From Lytechinus pictus (Eukaryota): a stretch of DNA of 64,000 nucleotides. A program made the position numbers and the translations under genes. Below are positions 13,201 through 25,830 of this stretch, one piece after another (the first letter of the stretch is position 1; each line of letters starts with the position of its first letter). Location: the NCBI RefSeq assembly GCF_037042905.1, contig NC_087252.1:22632001-22696000 (forward strand), written 5' to 3'. A model generated the notes under the pieces. It was not told the DNA's origin, ran no database searches, and saw only the letters and a program-made list of their open reading frames with translations.

Positions 13201-16200
13201 TTCTAATTATATGACAAACGATTCATCAATGATATAATGTTGGGAAACCTCTGTACTTGTCCTCTCATAAAGAGAACACCTCACCTTGTGATAGACTCTA
13301 TAAAAGTGAGAATATAAGTGAAATAAGTACTAAAGTAATGAGGGAGTTGTACGTGTGTGACATCACAGATCTTGGTCGCATTGCCAATGGGAGGAACTAC
13401 ATGGCATTAGTGATCTCAATATTCAAATGCTCATAACTTTCTTATTATTCATTCAATCTTCCTCAAACTTTCAACAATATGTTTCTTTGATTTTTCTCTT
13501 TGATATGGATTCAGCTGGTTTCAAGGGTTTCATTCTCCTTTAAGGTTCTGAATAATCCAACAGACTAAAGTGCCTTGTCATAACTTTGCCCATCAAGGAG
13601 GAACTTGTAAAGGATTAGATGTATACAGTGTATTTTAATATGTTTTAAATTGCCCATATTGTTCAATATAAATGTCAAAATTTGACGATGGACGGATGTA
13701 ATTCAAGTAAAAAAAGATTTCTTATCTTGAAACCACTACTAATTCATATCGTGCACATTCTGTAAAAAAGTTCTTCTTTTTTTTCTTCACCCCCTCCTCC
13801 GCAGCTCAAGTTACAATGGGGAGAAAAGTACCGGGAGTGGATGGAAGCGACAGAGAAGAAGATTGCAGAGCTGCAAAGAGCCAATGAATATTTGTAAGAT
13901 ATATGTTTCTTTTACTTCCATTTTCAAATTTGAAATTCTTTGTCCCCAGCTTTGATGTTTCAAGTTCATTCTCTTTTTTATGTTTTATATTTTTTACATC
14001 ATTACTACTATTTCTGTGTTTGTAACGGGTTTTTCTATAATCTTAGAATAGTTGCATTATAGGTTAAATGAGCATTATGATTATGAAAGGGATATTTGAA
14101 TTCATTTATTTTACATCTCTCTTTTTAAAAAAGATACAATATATACAGTAAGTATTACATATTACAGGCCAGAATTAATATTAAGTAAAAAGATCAATGA
14201 ATTGAACTACATGCTTGACTATACAATCTTCTATTTCTATTCATACCTGTCAACATTTTAACAGCTACTATTTAATTTCATTATGCATGCATGTTTGAAA
14301 AGAAAAAAATTGTTGAAGCCCCATGTAATAAAGAAAATTACAAAATACAGCAAATTTACCATTATAGTAACTACCATTGTAGCCTTGAATTTCATTGGCT
14401 GCTAAGCCCTGTTTAATACCATGTTACAGGCGTTTACTTTAATTGTGAATCTTTTATGAAATGGGTCCCAGAACTGTTTACTCAGATCCATTCATTCATT
14501 CATTCATTCAATTCGGTTTATTATGAAAGACATTGTAAAACAGTCCGAAGACTGACACATACAAAGTTAACAGAAAAAAGGAAAAATACATTAAATTATG
14601 TACCTACGAATTAACAAAATATAATAAGAACAGAATAGTAAGATTGAATATTGCACTCGAGGTTCTACACATTACATAAATATAATTAAGGGGATAATGC
14701 TATATAAAGAGAAAATAGAATGACCTATAAAAACACACAAAAATATTGGGATATGTATTATGTTGATTGATTTCAATGTAAACTGAGGGGGGAAAACTTT
14801 TGTAAGTTATGAAAAAGGAGGTAAAGGGTGAAGGGAAGAAAACAATGTCATACTTTTACACACAAATTATATACGAACATGAACAAGGGTTGACATTGAC
14901 TTCAATGGCATATACAGAGGCAAATATCACAGAGCAGCATTCAATAATGCTGTGACATGAGGGATAGTTGAGTTCTTATATCTCTGAGTTCTGCATCGCG
15001 GTAAGTCCAGAAGATGCGCATTACGCAGGGCCGAACTGTGTCGCGAAACAGATTGACGTGTGGGGGGTAACATGTCTCGATGGCAGTGAGATTTGAGAAG
15101 ACCAAGTCCAAAACTCAAGATGAGATCCTTTCTGCTTTCACATAATGAAGGGAGGCCAAAAAGAGTGAGTTGTTGAGAGTATGAAAGAGATGACGGATAC
15201 AAAATCATACAAAGAGCTTGTTTTTGGAGTCTTTCAATTTCGTCACTTTGTGTTTTAGTGATTGCAGATCCCCAAACCGGAACACCAAACTCCAACAGTG
15301 GACGAATGTACACTTTGTAGATATTTACGAGATCATGCTTATCAACACCAAATTTCTTTAGAATGCAGAGGATATACAGTCTTCTTGAAGAGCGTGAAAT
15401 CATGTGTTGGACTTGATCATCCCACTTGAGATCCGAACGAATCATCACACCAAGAAGGGTTAACGAGTTGACACGTTCCAAGTGACAATCCTTGATTGTG
15501 ATGTCTAGCTGGGGTGGAGGGACCTTCAGGAAGGACACTTGCATGACTTTGCACTTTTCGGGTTTAGGCGTAACGTCATTTGAGATGCACCATTGACTCA
15601 GCAAATTAACATGGTCCTGCATGGAGCTTTGCTGGTTCTTTGGTAAAACCTCCACAACGCTTAAGTCGTCTACATACTTCCATCGATACCTTGTACTTAT
15701 AGCAGCATCATTGACGAGTACAAGGAAGAGGATAGGCCCAAGTTTCGTACCCTGGGGCACTCCACAAGAGAGACGCAGATGACTAGATGAGTATCCCTGA
15801 TGTCGAACCATTTGATAACGCTCCGACAAAAAACTACAGACGGTAGGTAAAACAGAAGCATCTACTCCCAGATTGATCAGCTTTTCAATTACCTTGGTGT
15901 GATTGACAAGGTCAAAGGCCTTTGTGAAATCAATTGTACAAATGTTGGCGTAACATCCACTGCGTTCCAAACTCCTGTAGATGAGATCCAGCATATCTAC
16001 AAGATAATGATTGATTGAGCTTCCTTTCATATTGCCATATTGAGAAGGATCAATGTGAGGCCTGAGATCAATCATCAACCAGTCTGCCAGAAAGCTCTCA
16101 AATAATCTGGACAGGACAGAGGTGATCGAGATTGGACGAAGCTGGTCAAGGCAGGTGACTCGTTGAGTTTTAGGAACAGCGCAAACCGATGCACACTTCC

Positions 16201-18858
16201 ATTTCGCAGGGAAATAACCGACTTTCAGGCATTCATTGAATATCTTGCTCAACGGTCCTGAAATTTCCAATGCGAATTCCTTGAATAGACGAGTAGGAAC
16301 ATCATTGGGATGAGGTGCCTTCGATGCGTTGAGACGTTTAAGACGCTTATAGACCTCATGTTCCTGGATTACCGGCGGGGATGAAGGGGCTGGGAGATAC
16401 GCTGGGAGGGCTGACAAGTCTAATGGAGGCAACACGTTGCAGACTTGGGCAAAATGAACATTAAGATTCTCTGCTATCTGACGAGGGGATTCATCCTCAG
16501 GACCCAGGGAAAATGACGGCTTCTTGGTCATTCCAGTAAGAGACCGTATCTGTCTGTGCCACTTTCCTGGTTCTGATTGTTTCAGATGCTCGACCTTGTT
16601 ACGGAAATAGATTGATTTAGCTCTGCTAATTTCACGTTGAACTTTATTCCTTAGTTGGTGGTATCGATCAAACTTTCTACTTCTATAAGCTAGTTCACGC
16701 TGGTTAATCAGACTTCGAATTTTTACATTGAACCACGGTTTGTCTCTTGCTCTCCGTCTAAAAGATTTCTCAGGAAAGCAACGTTTGTACTGCGTCATGA
16801 GCGTACAGTGGAGAATATCAACCATTTTGTCAGGATCACAAGTGGCGTTAAGCTCTTCCCAGCTTAAGTCGGTGATCCATTGCCCAAACACCCGAACAGA
16901 AGAATCACGAAAGGGTCGTATTTTTAACTTGGAAATCTTGAGAGGTTGGATACAGTCATGTGGGCGCATAACAACAACTCGGTGGTCACAAGAAGCAATC
17001 GGAGCATGTATCACAGGGTCTTCAAACAAGTCAGGGAGGTTAGTCAGGATTTTATCCAAAACTGAATCACCCCTGGTTGGTTCGGTAACTACCTGTGTCA
17101 AAAGAGCATTCTGTTCAATGACATCTGTGACGAGATCATTAAAATCTCCCATGACTAGGGTCAAGGCTTCCTCTGTAGAGTTGATCAAATCAGTCATTTG
17201 GATAATGTGCTCAGTTATTTCTTGACGATACGGAGAACGAGGCGGAGCATAGACAACACAAGCATAAATGTTCTTCGCTAGATGAATAGTCGAAGATGAA
17301 CTCAGTTTTACCCAAATAATTTCCAGGTGTGGTGGAACCAAATCGTTGTACACCAGACGTGAGTTTATGTCATTTCTACAGTACAACGCGACACCCCCTC
17401 CAGTTCGATCCACACGGTCACCCCGATGTAAAGTGAATTCATGTAAGTCAAAGCAAGATGATGGCTTGTCAGGAGTGAACCAAGTTTCAGTTACTGCGAT
17501 TAAACTGATACCACTGTACTGGGAGACAACAGTTGCCTCAAAATCGTCAAATTTGTTGCACAATGACCTGGCATTTAGAAGTAGTATTGAGGGCAATGCT
17601 GACGAACCACCACCAGTCTTAACATGAATTAAAGTTCTTTCTCTTTTTGATTGTGGAAAGAACAGTTGACGAGAATACATATCAAGTACTACGCTTATTT
17701 TCCGTCTTGTTTTCTTGCCAGCCCGACATCCTCTTTTTCTGCGTGCAATACCAAGAGTATGTATTGTAGAAAAGACATCTTGTGGTAAATGGGGTACTGG
17801 CTGTAAACTATTCCGTAACTTGAAAAGTTCATCGCGAGTATAACGCAACAATCCGTTATTCGGGCGATTGCTCCCGTCCGAAGTTATGCAATTAAGCGAC
17901 ATCACGAGTAACAACATGAACAAAGCACCAAGTAACAAAAGCGGTTCGAGTGCGGACGACCAATTGTAACGTCTATAACAATGGCGTGACATGTTAGTGT
18001 ACGGTACTCACTGTTCCATTGAATGAAGAAGTTTAGCAGTAGCAGTTAAACGGGGCAACGAATGAACGCAAAATGTCATTTAATGATTCCACAAAAAATT
18101 ATTGACAGTTCACCAAACCAGTCCATACAATCCAATAAGCACAATCATATGTCCAAACATTGAAAAATCCAAAGTAAAAACATAAATTCTGAGTAAAATA
18201 GGAGATCAAATGAGAGAGTAAATAAAAAACGGTGCTAGCTGTAAAAACAGCGCCCTGAAACTATCTGATCCAATTTCGTTTGTCAGTTCTTCTTACTGTA
18301 TATGAAATATAATTAATGAAATGGTAGGACTCTATTGTAATTTGGTCAAGCATATCACTAGATTTTCATTATTTCTTGGGACCGTATGCTTGTTTATTCG
18401 TTTCCTTGTCATCTCAGTGATCAGAGGAATTTCATTTGCTGTATCATTCTCTAGTATAAAGATGTTCATAGTCAGCCTACTTCCATGTTGATGCAAATTT
18501 GCACGCTGCCAGTTGTATTGTTTGCTTTTACTTCACACAGTAACCATACTCTTGTATTGAAAATCAAATTTGTGTATCTTTTGCAATTAAAACCGTGTAG
18601 ATATTTCGTGGGTCAAACTGCGCACTACGATGCGCACTGACAAGACTTAAAGTGAGGGAGAAATGGCATTTGACAGGGTCAATTAAACTCTTATTCTGCA
18701 GTTACCATGATTTGTGTTTGTGTTTTGAATCGTGATTCCTGTTTGTGAATCTAACTTATGACATATTTTAAACTCTGCCTTTTCTTGTTTCTTACCTTGT
18801 TTCTTTCTTTCATTTCCAATGCAGACGAACCTGTCTTAAGAGTCCATCAGGGGATTAA
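4246..18858 (+). CDS. Uncharacterised coiled-coil protein, ~227 aa, 6 coding exons: join(4246-4320,8079-8209,10188-10311,12142-12372,13805-13893,18825-18858)
   Basis: All junctions are GT-AG with matching phases (0,2,0,0,2). Reads MTSNRKSSETKSRENAAFLKMRVEE|LESEVSSLKKRLDGLRKAK...LFTELSLKEAQWCEKEEQLNLK|LKLQWGEKYREWMEATEKKIAELQRANEY|LRTCLKSPSGD*. The last exon is least certain, because unspliced exon 5 also ends TTG TAA. Confidence 0.8.
5000..5699. mobile_element. Non-autonomous TIR DNA transposon with 7-bp target-site duplication
   Basis: TIR tagggtgtctg / cagacacccta; ATAGCAG at 4993-4999 and 5700-5706. Confidence 0.8.
6858..7169. mobile_element. MITE family A (GGCCCGTATTCTGAAGTC termini, Harbinger/Tourist-like)
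   Basis: Long TIRs; related copies at 8325-8635 and 59479-59779. Confidence 0.8.
7290..7874. mobile_element. TTAA-targeting non-autonomous element with AGG termini (Kolobok/T2-MITE-like)
   Basis: ttaa-agggatggtccagactg ... cagcctggactatccct-ttca. Confidence 0.65.
8325..8635. mobile_element. MITE family A copy
   Basis: Homologous to 6858-7169, including the internal sequence. Confidence 0.8.
8809..9373. mobile_element. Kolobok/T2-like MITE with TTAA TSD
   Basis: ttaa-aggggaatgaaacc ... ggtttcattctcct-ttaa with a long internal palindrome; same family as 12956-13539. Confidence 0.8.
9697..10075. mobile_element. Fold-back repeat built from short (cgtctaa / ttagacg) units
   Basis: Units in the left half are mirrored in the right half; a related degenerate copy lies at ~54800-54985. 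Confidence 0.5.
10858..10929 (+). mobile_element. 72-bp insert carrying a minimal hammerhead-ribozyme-like core (Penelope-like remnant)
   Basis: gcct-CCGACGA-a-gattct.gct.aggatc-GAAA-gcgt-aggc, flanked by the 11-bp direct repeat AAAAAAAATAT. Confidence 0.5.
11100..11315 (-). mobile_element. Degenerate tRNA-derived SINE
   Basis: Reverse B-box (ggggattgaacccacaacc) with a body resembling the other SINEs in the window. Confidence 0.5.
12956..13539. mobile_element. Kolobok/T2-like MITE with TTAA TSD
   Basis: ttaa-aggagaatgaaac ... gtttcattctcct-ttaa. Confidence 0.85.
14491..18266 (-). mobile_element. Apparently full-length single-ORF non-LTR retrotransposon, CR1 group (L2/Rex-Babar-like), antisense in the last intron of the coiled-coil gene
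   Basis: Contains an intact 1021-aa ORF; 3' end has AATAAA and a (GAAT)n tail; GATCCA at 14485-14490 and 18267-18272 is a candidate TSD. Confidence 0.9.
14927..17992 (-). CDS. LINE ORF2-type protein: APE endonuclease plus reverse transcriptase
   Basis: EN motifs NARSL, VTETW, GGGVALY, MGDFN, LDKILTN, CDH; RT motifs LRPISIT, DFTKAFD, GVPQGTKLGP, KYVDD. Confidence 0.95.
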   Translation of the reverse strand: MSRHCYRRYNWSSALEPLLLLGALFMLLLVMSLNCITSDGSNRPNNGLLRYTRDELFKLRNSLQPVPHLPQDVFSTIHTLGIARRKRGCRAGKKTRRKISVVLDMYSRQLFFPQSKRERTLIHVKTGGGSSALPSILLLNARSLCNKFDDFEATVVSQYSGISLIAVTETWFTPDKPSSCFDLHEFTLHRGDRVDRTGGGVALYCRNDINSRLVYNDLVPPHLEIIWVKLSSSSTIHLAKNIYACVVYAPPRSPYRQEITEHIIQMTDLINSTEEALTLVMGDFNDLVTDVIEQNALLTQVVTEPTRGDSVLDKILTNLPDLFEDPVIHAPIASCDHRVVVMRPHDCIQPLKISKLKIRPFRDSSVRVFGQWITDLSWEELNATCDPDKMVDILHCTLMTQYKRCFPEKSFRRRARDKPWFNVKIRSLINQRELAYRSRKFDRYHQLRNKVQREISRAKSIYFRNKVEHLKQSEPGKWHRQIRSLTGMTKKPSFSLGPEDESPRQIAENLNVHFAQVCNVLPPLDLSALPAYLPAPSSPPVIQEHEVYKRLKRLNASKAPHPNDVPTRLFKEFALEISGPLSKIFNECLKVGYFPAKWKCASVCAVPKTQRVTCLDQLRPISITSVLSRLFESFLADWLMIDLRPHIDPSQYGNMKGSSINHYLVDMLDLIYRSLERSGCYANICTIDFTKAFDLVNHTKVIEKLINLGVDASVLPTVCSFLSERYQMVRHQGYSSSHLRLSCGVPQGTKLGPILFLVLVNDAAISTRYRWKYVDDLSVVEVLPKNQQSSMQDHVNLLSQWCISNDVTPKPEKCKVMQVSFLKVPPPQLDITIKDCHLERVNSLTLLGVMIRSDLKWDDQVQHMISRSSRRLYILCILKKFGVDKHDLVNIYKVYIRPLLEFGVPVWGSAITKTQSDEIERLQKQALCMILYPSSLSYSQQLTLFGLPSLCESRKDLILSFGLGLLKSHCHRDMLPPTRQSVSRHSSALRNAHLLDLPRCRTQRYKNSTIPHVTALLNAAL

Positions 18859-19312
18859 CGGTACGCAGTCTTCCATCTTCAGTTTACACCAAATAGACTT
18901 TTGCTGCCCGGGTATTCTAAACTCAATTTAAAGTCCGTCCTCATTGACCTTTCCTTAGGAGAATGATGCAATTGGCTTTCACCGGCCGTTGTGTAAAGCA
19001 ATGGAAATCCCTGTGAAAGAACTGCATGTTTAGGGCTCAGCCAATTGTGCTGTACCATTGATTTGAATCACAGAGATATCTTTGCCGGATTCTTCGGACG
19101 GAGGATGATATGATAATGTCTGCCACCTCGTGAGGTTAGGAGAAGAATATGCATAGCAATTATACAGAATGTCTATTTGCTTTAAAACCTCAGTTCTGCT
19201 CTGTCTGATGGTCAGTTCCTGTGACCTGTTCTTCGTCTACTGTACGTTTGGTCTCATCCCACAGGGTTTAATCTTAGATTGCCTATGACTTTACTGAAAA
19301 CAGGCTGGAACT

Positions 19313-19577
19313 AATAATAATAGCTGGATTTATATAGCAGATTTTGCCTGAGGATGTAAAATGCTGCTATTATGAGCCTAGCTTTAGCTCCAGCTACCAT
19401 CACTGGCGCTCAGTGCATGCAAGGAATTAATCCTGCCAGGTACCCATTCACCTCACCTGGGTCGAGTGCAGCACAGTGGGGATAAATTTCTTGCTGAAGG
19501 GAAACACGCCAAGGCTGGGATTTGAACCCACTTCCCTCTGATTGGAAGACGAGAGTCGTAACCACTAGACCACGACG
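19313..19577 (-). mobile_element. tRNA-derived SINE with (ATT)n tail
   Basis: Pol III boxes on the minus strand; core tacccattcacctcacctgggtcgagtgcagcac is shared with copies at ~33240-33480, 36278-36470, 43540-43720, 46990-47210 and 58337-58605. Confidence 0.85.
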
Positions 19578-20297
19578 TGCCCACAGTCGATGAATACAGT
19601 AGTTTTCTTCATAATCAAAATATGAATAGGAGCCATCTGATGTTGTGCTATTTCACTGTTTACACATCATCAAATATGTTAAACCTGAATTCAGAATACG
19701 GGCCAATATTTGTCCAATATGTATTATATGTGACCTGCCACCCTGAAACCAACAATAAGTCGACCAAAATGAAATTCTGAGATTTTTATTGAGCTTGAAA
19801 ATTCACTTCCTAAGCTTTAAAATGATATATAATATGTTCAAATTGACCAACAATAACCATTACAAGTACTTGTTTGAATGCAGAGAAAATTAAGCAATAG
19901 TTTAAAGAAATAAGGGAGAAAACAAGGTTTGAAGTTTGGGGTTCACTCAAGCATGGGATGTGCATACTGTGTAATTTCAGTAAAACTTTTAAGCAGTCTG
20001 AAAAAGTTGTGTCCAAGAAACTCTTGTATCTTTTCTTTATTCAACTTCACGACTTCAAATTTTGGCGGTATGAAGAAGAAGAATTGTTCTTTCAGATAAG
20101 CTATTTTTATGATTTTTGGTTTTTGAAGGCCAATTTACTATTTTGGCTATTTACAGAGAACCTTACCTGGTGGCTTATTGATGGTTTTGGGGTGGTAGGT
20201 CACATATCATTAGGCCAGTTAATAATGATCCCATTTTGGGGTCAATTATATTCTGATGTATTAGCTTCCTAACTCATTTTATGACCACGCAAATGAA

Positions 20298-20703
20298 GGC
20301 GACTGCACACCTTGCGATTGGTCTGCGATTTAATTTTGGAATAAACGTAGTAGAATCTGATGCTAATATTGAGACTTGGAATATCTTACTGTGTAATGTT
20401 CTAAATCATCGTACGAATCCCTATGTTCAAATCTGTGACTATGCTATCATCCTTTATAAGCAAATTTAATATCTAGTCGTAATGACGTCATAGCAGTCGT
20501 ACAATTGGCTACGATTTGAAACTAATTTGGCCATTACTCCAAAATAAAGGCTTACAATCTTACAAAATGGTTATATTAGTATTCTTTCAATTAATTTTAA
20601 CTTCAAATAAAATGACATGTTCCATTCACATTTTCAGAAAATGAGCAAAATGCGATTTGTTCCAAAATCAGATCGCGAACAGTCGTAAGGTGTGCGGCGG
20701 CCT
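20298..20703. mobile_element. MITE with Harbinger-like termini
   Basis: TIR ggcgactgcacaccttgcga / tcgtaaggtgtgcggcggcc. Confidence 0.7.
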
Positions 20704-23700
20704 TAATACGTTATGGCTGACTGAATCAACCACTCTATGCTTGGTAACAATACTTTGTATTCTCTTTTTTAGTGATAAATTCAGCTCAGTATAAACACAA
20801 ACTTATAATCCTAATAGTCCCTTGGTATTTTTAGTCTTGTTAGTCCGGGAGAGACGCCCCTTTAACGGAAATGACCAGTCCAGGGGCTTTATTTTCTTCT
20901 GATTTACACTCAAATTCTTATTTCATGCATAAATTAGCATAAGTAAGTATGAAAAAATATTGTTATTTTTTCGAAATGGAGCTATGCAACCCCATAGATT
21001 ATTTATTTCATAAATTGTTGTTTTGAACACACAATTTGTGGTAATATTTATTGAAGATCAATTGCCTACATGTATGTGTGCATGTATATTTTAAAGAATA
21101 AAATGTTTTTTAATAGAGGGAGCTCATGATATTATGTGGTCTTATTAGGTTCACTTCAAAATTCCCAATTATGTAATGAAATTTATATTACATTCACTAC
21201 GCATTTGTTACTTTCAACAGATTGACAATTGTCTAGTGATATTCACTTCACTTGCCTGAAGAGATGAAGGACTAGGCATATCTGTGTGTATATTGTGAAT
21301 GAGTGTAGGGTTTTCCGAACAAATAATTGCTAATGTCTAGATCTAGACTAAATTGCATCAAGTATTAAGCAGTAGAGAACTGTTTGTTTTGATGACACTT
21401 TCAAATGAATTTCCAAATCATTGATTTCATAAATAGTTTTTTAGAGAATGATTTAATACAGTATTTCAAACAGGGCTTTCAAAATAAACAGTATTATATT
21501 TTGTAGTTTATATTTATAATGCAAAGAAATTATATATATTTGATGTTTGAGATAAAAAAAATCAGATGTTATTAATATGTGATGTTTTTTTAAATGACTG
21601 TGGAATAATTTGTCATTGAGATGCCTTGATTTTTAGGCATTCATTGTGAAAGCTACTGTTATGATAGAACAGGCATATTCCGTCCACACCACTGCTTACA
21701 AACATTTGATACTTAGAATGGATACATCGATGTTTCCGAACACAGGTTGCCATTTTGAAATTTACATAGGCTTAGGGATCTCAATTGTAAAACAGCCATA
21801 ACTTTCTTATTGCTTGTCTGCTTTCTTTCAAATTTGAACCATTCTGTTTTCCTTTTTTTTATCTTCTCTCTCACACAATATTTTCGGACCAAGGTTGGAT
21901 TTCCATTAGGGCAGTTCCATGAAATATGTACATGTACATCCGACCCCCTATATGTGGGACCTTCATGAAATTTTCTGCCTCTGATTTCTTGTTCTTTTGA
22001 CAGTCTGTAATCTCAAAGGACCACGACTTGGTCAGTTTATGAAGTGAAGTAAGACTTGAGGAAAATGGGGTCGGACGTACAAAAAGGTTGATCATTTTAT
22101 GGAATTGCCCATTAACGCTTTGTATTCAGATCCAAATTTTGTCTTCTATTTAGGTTGTCTTGCTTTTGTCTTTTAAAATGAGCCTAAAATGTTTATTTCT
22201 CTGGTATTGGTTCATGTCTTCGATACTTCTCCGGGGGGGGGGGGGGGTCTACTCAACTATATTGCATACACACGACCAAAAAAAACACATAAAAAGGGTA
22301 CTTTTGCTTATCATGGCACATCACGTGCGTGACACATTTGAGGTGTCAAAAAGGCAAATATCCAGCAAAAAGGGTATGGTTATGGGGTAAACACTTATAG
22401 TTTTTACGGATTATACTTGTTTAGGGGGCAAAATTGTCAAATTTTTTTAGGGTGGGTTTGTAAAACCTGTGGTCGCGTGTGTGTACAGCAATGGAGTGGC
22501 CCCCCTGGGACTTCTCCAGTCTATTCTTGAAGCTGTGCAAACTTGGTGCATTCAACAAATTATTCCTCAAGCGGATTCAGAGATTTCCTCATTCTCAAAA
22601 TGATTTTGTACTTTTCTCAGTGACTGACCTTGTGGTGTACAGTTTAATCCATGATTTCTTTCTGATGTTTGATAATTGTTGTACTTGTATTCATATATTT
22701 AGAGAGAACTTTCGTCAAGATTATGTTATGTTGAAATGTGTGTATGAAATCATGTTTATGAGATCTATCCAATGAATTTACTATCATTTTTATGAAGTTA
22801 CTAAAGAGGCCAGAATAGATGCAAGCTAGAATTTTAAAATTGATTCTTGAACTAGATTGTCTTTAATCAGGCAAAAACTTAAAATCTGACTTGATTATAG
22901 GTATTGTACTGTCATGGTCAAAAATTTGATCAGGGGCATTCTTTTTATAGCTGTAAAACAACATATCTAAAATGTTTTTTCGTCTAATGAAAACATCTTG
23001 AAACAGCTTGTAAGTACTGTAAAGGCTTTAAAGTCTGTACAAGTACTTGCAAACCATTTCAAAAGGCCTATGTCTAGTTGTGAGCAATTTGTGAAGTCTT
23101 TAAAACTATATAATAGGCAAATAGTAATGATGTCATCATCGTAGATTCTGAGTAGTGTGCTGTGCAAACTTTTCACTCGAATGCAACAGACGACACTCAT
23201 ATCTGTACAGAGGTCCTGAAATCAAAACAGGAAGATTTATATGTGCTAGTCTTGTGTGAAAACCCACTTGTTGATTAAAGTTTCAGTCAGGGTATGTGCT
23301 TGCAGACTAGACTCCGACATAGTTTAAGCAAGCCAAATGAAAATTAGCTGACTACCTAGTAACCAGGAATGACACAACATTGGGGGTGTAGGGCAGCTGC
23401 CCCTATAGCTTTTCAAGAGGTCAACAAAAAAGAGAGGGGGGATCGAAACAAGAATAAAGGGGCATAGATCTCAAGGAGAGAGTTTTGCAGTGTGTATTTC
23501 AAAGAATCAGTCAATAAAATTAAACAAGATGATGTCACCTTTCGGTCATCCTTGTCTGCAGGCACAGACCCTGATTGAAACTCCGATCACCTAGTGGGTC
23601 TCCACAAAAGACTAGCACATATAAAACTTGCTGTGTCCGTTTGGGCCTTCAGCACACAAGTTACTTGTAGGCTGTGTATTCAGACCCCTTAACTCGAGTG

Positions 23701-24789
23701 AAGTGTTTGCACCACAGACTGGAGCCATCCTGCCTCTCTGCTATTAAAATAACCTTGCGTCGCCCCTTCAGACCACAATGTCATGAAAAAGATGAAAATT
23801 TCCCATATGCAAATTAATTTAGGGAAAAGACTTATGTAATACTGGTAATAGAATATCTTGTGTTGCCAATGACTCGATTCCTGCATATGCCCCACCCCCC
23901 CCCCTTCCTTGGTATAGTACTTTATGTAGATTTTTTTTTTAAAGAGAAAAATGTCAACATTTTGGGACTTTCACATATTTTCTTACTTTTACTCTGACAA
24001 TTTTTGACAAAGTGAAACTACAAAAAATCGTCAGACTTGTTATATTATGTGATAGAGAATCAGTATGCATCATTGTGCTTCCCCTTAAGTCACAACATAA
24101 ATGTATGTGTACGTTAACAGTGTCACACTTTTAAATTCATTTTCTTGGAATAATTCATCATTGTTTAAAATAATATTGCAGTATTGAGGGCCTTAAGGTA
24201 TGCCTGAAAACAGCTGTAGTTTTTTTAAGATTTGTGCTTAAAGTAATCCCATATAATGAGCGTCCCTGTTTTAGTTGGATCGGCTTAGTTGAATTGCATT
24301 TGTAGATTATTATTTTGCCAGTCCTATTTTACTTATTCTGAATAGTATTATCAATATTGTGTTCAATGTTTTTTTTTATTGTTTTATTTTGCTTGCAAAG
24401 TTTCATCTTTGTTATTAGAATATGTTTTTTTGAATTGTCATAGTGTTTTTGACAAGTTGTACAATCATGGAAAAATAATGTGAAAATACTGCACACCTCA
24501 AACAGATTTGTTATCACTTATGAAAAATAATTATTTATGTCTGAATTAACATTGTTATTTATTATCTTGTGTGAGATATAGTAATGTTCACATTGAGCTA
24601 ATGTATTTTCTATGTGTTCAACATAAGATTACATGAAATTATTAACTTTACATGGAATGGTTGATTAATTTATTACATGAATTTGTAATAAACATTTTTA
24701 AAGATCTATACATATACATTTCACATTGTATATTTGTCCTGTTTTTAATTGTTCAATTATGTATTAAAAGCTTTTGCATGGGTATAATT

Positions 24790-25830
24790 TTTTTCCTCCT
24801 GCTTCTTCGTCTTCTTCGTCTTCTTCCTATTCATTGTCCTTCTTTTTTCTTCTCCTAATTATTTTCATCTTCTTTCTTCTTTTGTTCTTCACTCTATTCT
24901 TCATCATCTTTTTCTTCTCCTCTTTCTACCCCTTCTTATTTTTCTTCTTCATCTTTGTCTTCTACTACTCCTCCTTCTTCTTCTTCTCCTCCTATTACTT
25001 CTTCTTCATCTTCTTCTTTAATCTTTTTCTTTTTCTTTTTATTCTCCGTCTTTTACTTCTCCTTATAATTTTTCATCTTCTTTCTTCTTTTGTTTTTCAC
25101 TTCCTTCATCTTTTCTTCTCCTTCCGTTCTCTTTCTACTCCTTCTTTTTTTCTTTGTTTTGTTCTTCTGCTTCTCCTTTTATTCTCCTGTTTTCTTCTCC
25201 TTATTTTTCATCTTCTTTCTTCTTTTGTTCTTCACTTTCTTCTTCATCTTTTTCTTCTTCTCTTTCTACCCCTCCTTATTTTTCTTCATCTTCTACTCTT
25301 ACTCCTTCTTCTTCTCCTTCTATTACTTCTTCTTCTCCTTCTTCTTCTTCAATCTTCTTTTTCTTTTTATTCTCCTCCTTTTACTTATCCTCATCATTTT
25401 TCATCTTCTTTTGTTCTTCACTTTCTTCTTTATCATCTTTTCTTCTTCCGTTCTGTTTCTACTCCTTATTTTTCTTCTTCTTCTACTCCTATTCCTTCTT
25501 CTTCTTCTTCAACTCCTCCTTCTATTCTTCGTCTTCTTTTTCTTGTTATTCTCCTCCTTTTTCTTCTCTTTTCTACTAGCTCCTGCTTATTCTTCTTCAT
25601 CTCCTACTGATACTTTTTCTCCCCCTCCTTCTACTCCTCCTATTCTTCCTCTTCTTTTTATTCTCCTTTTTCTCCTTCTCTTTCTACTAGCTCCTGCTTA
25701 ATCTTCTTCTTTACTTTTCCTTCTCCTTCTACTCCTCCTTCTATTCTTCCTCTTCTTTTTCTTCTCTTTCTACTAGCTCCTGCTTATTCTTCTCCTTTTC
25801 CTCCGGCCTCCTTCTACGACCCTTTGTTTT
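24790..25830. repeat. ~1-kb polypyrimidine (TTC/CTC)n low-complexity tract with internal subrepeats
   Basis: Nearly G-free + strand, which produces the spurious F/L/S-rich ORFs. Confidence 0.95.

Noticed and set aside
16728..17627. Plus-strand ORFs of 165 and 93 aa
   Set aside because: Antisense shadows of the LINE ORF.
24774..25701. F/L/S-rich ORFs resembling membrane proteins
   Set aside because: Stop-poor polypyrimidine low-complexity DNA.
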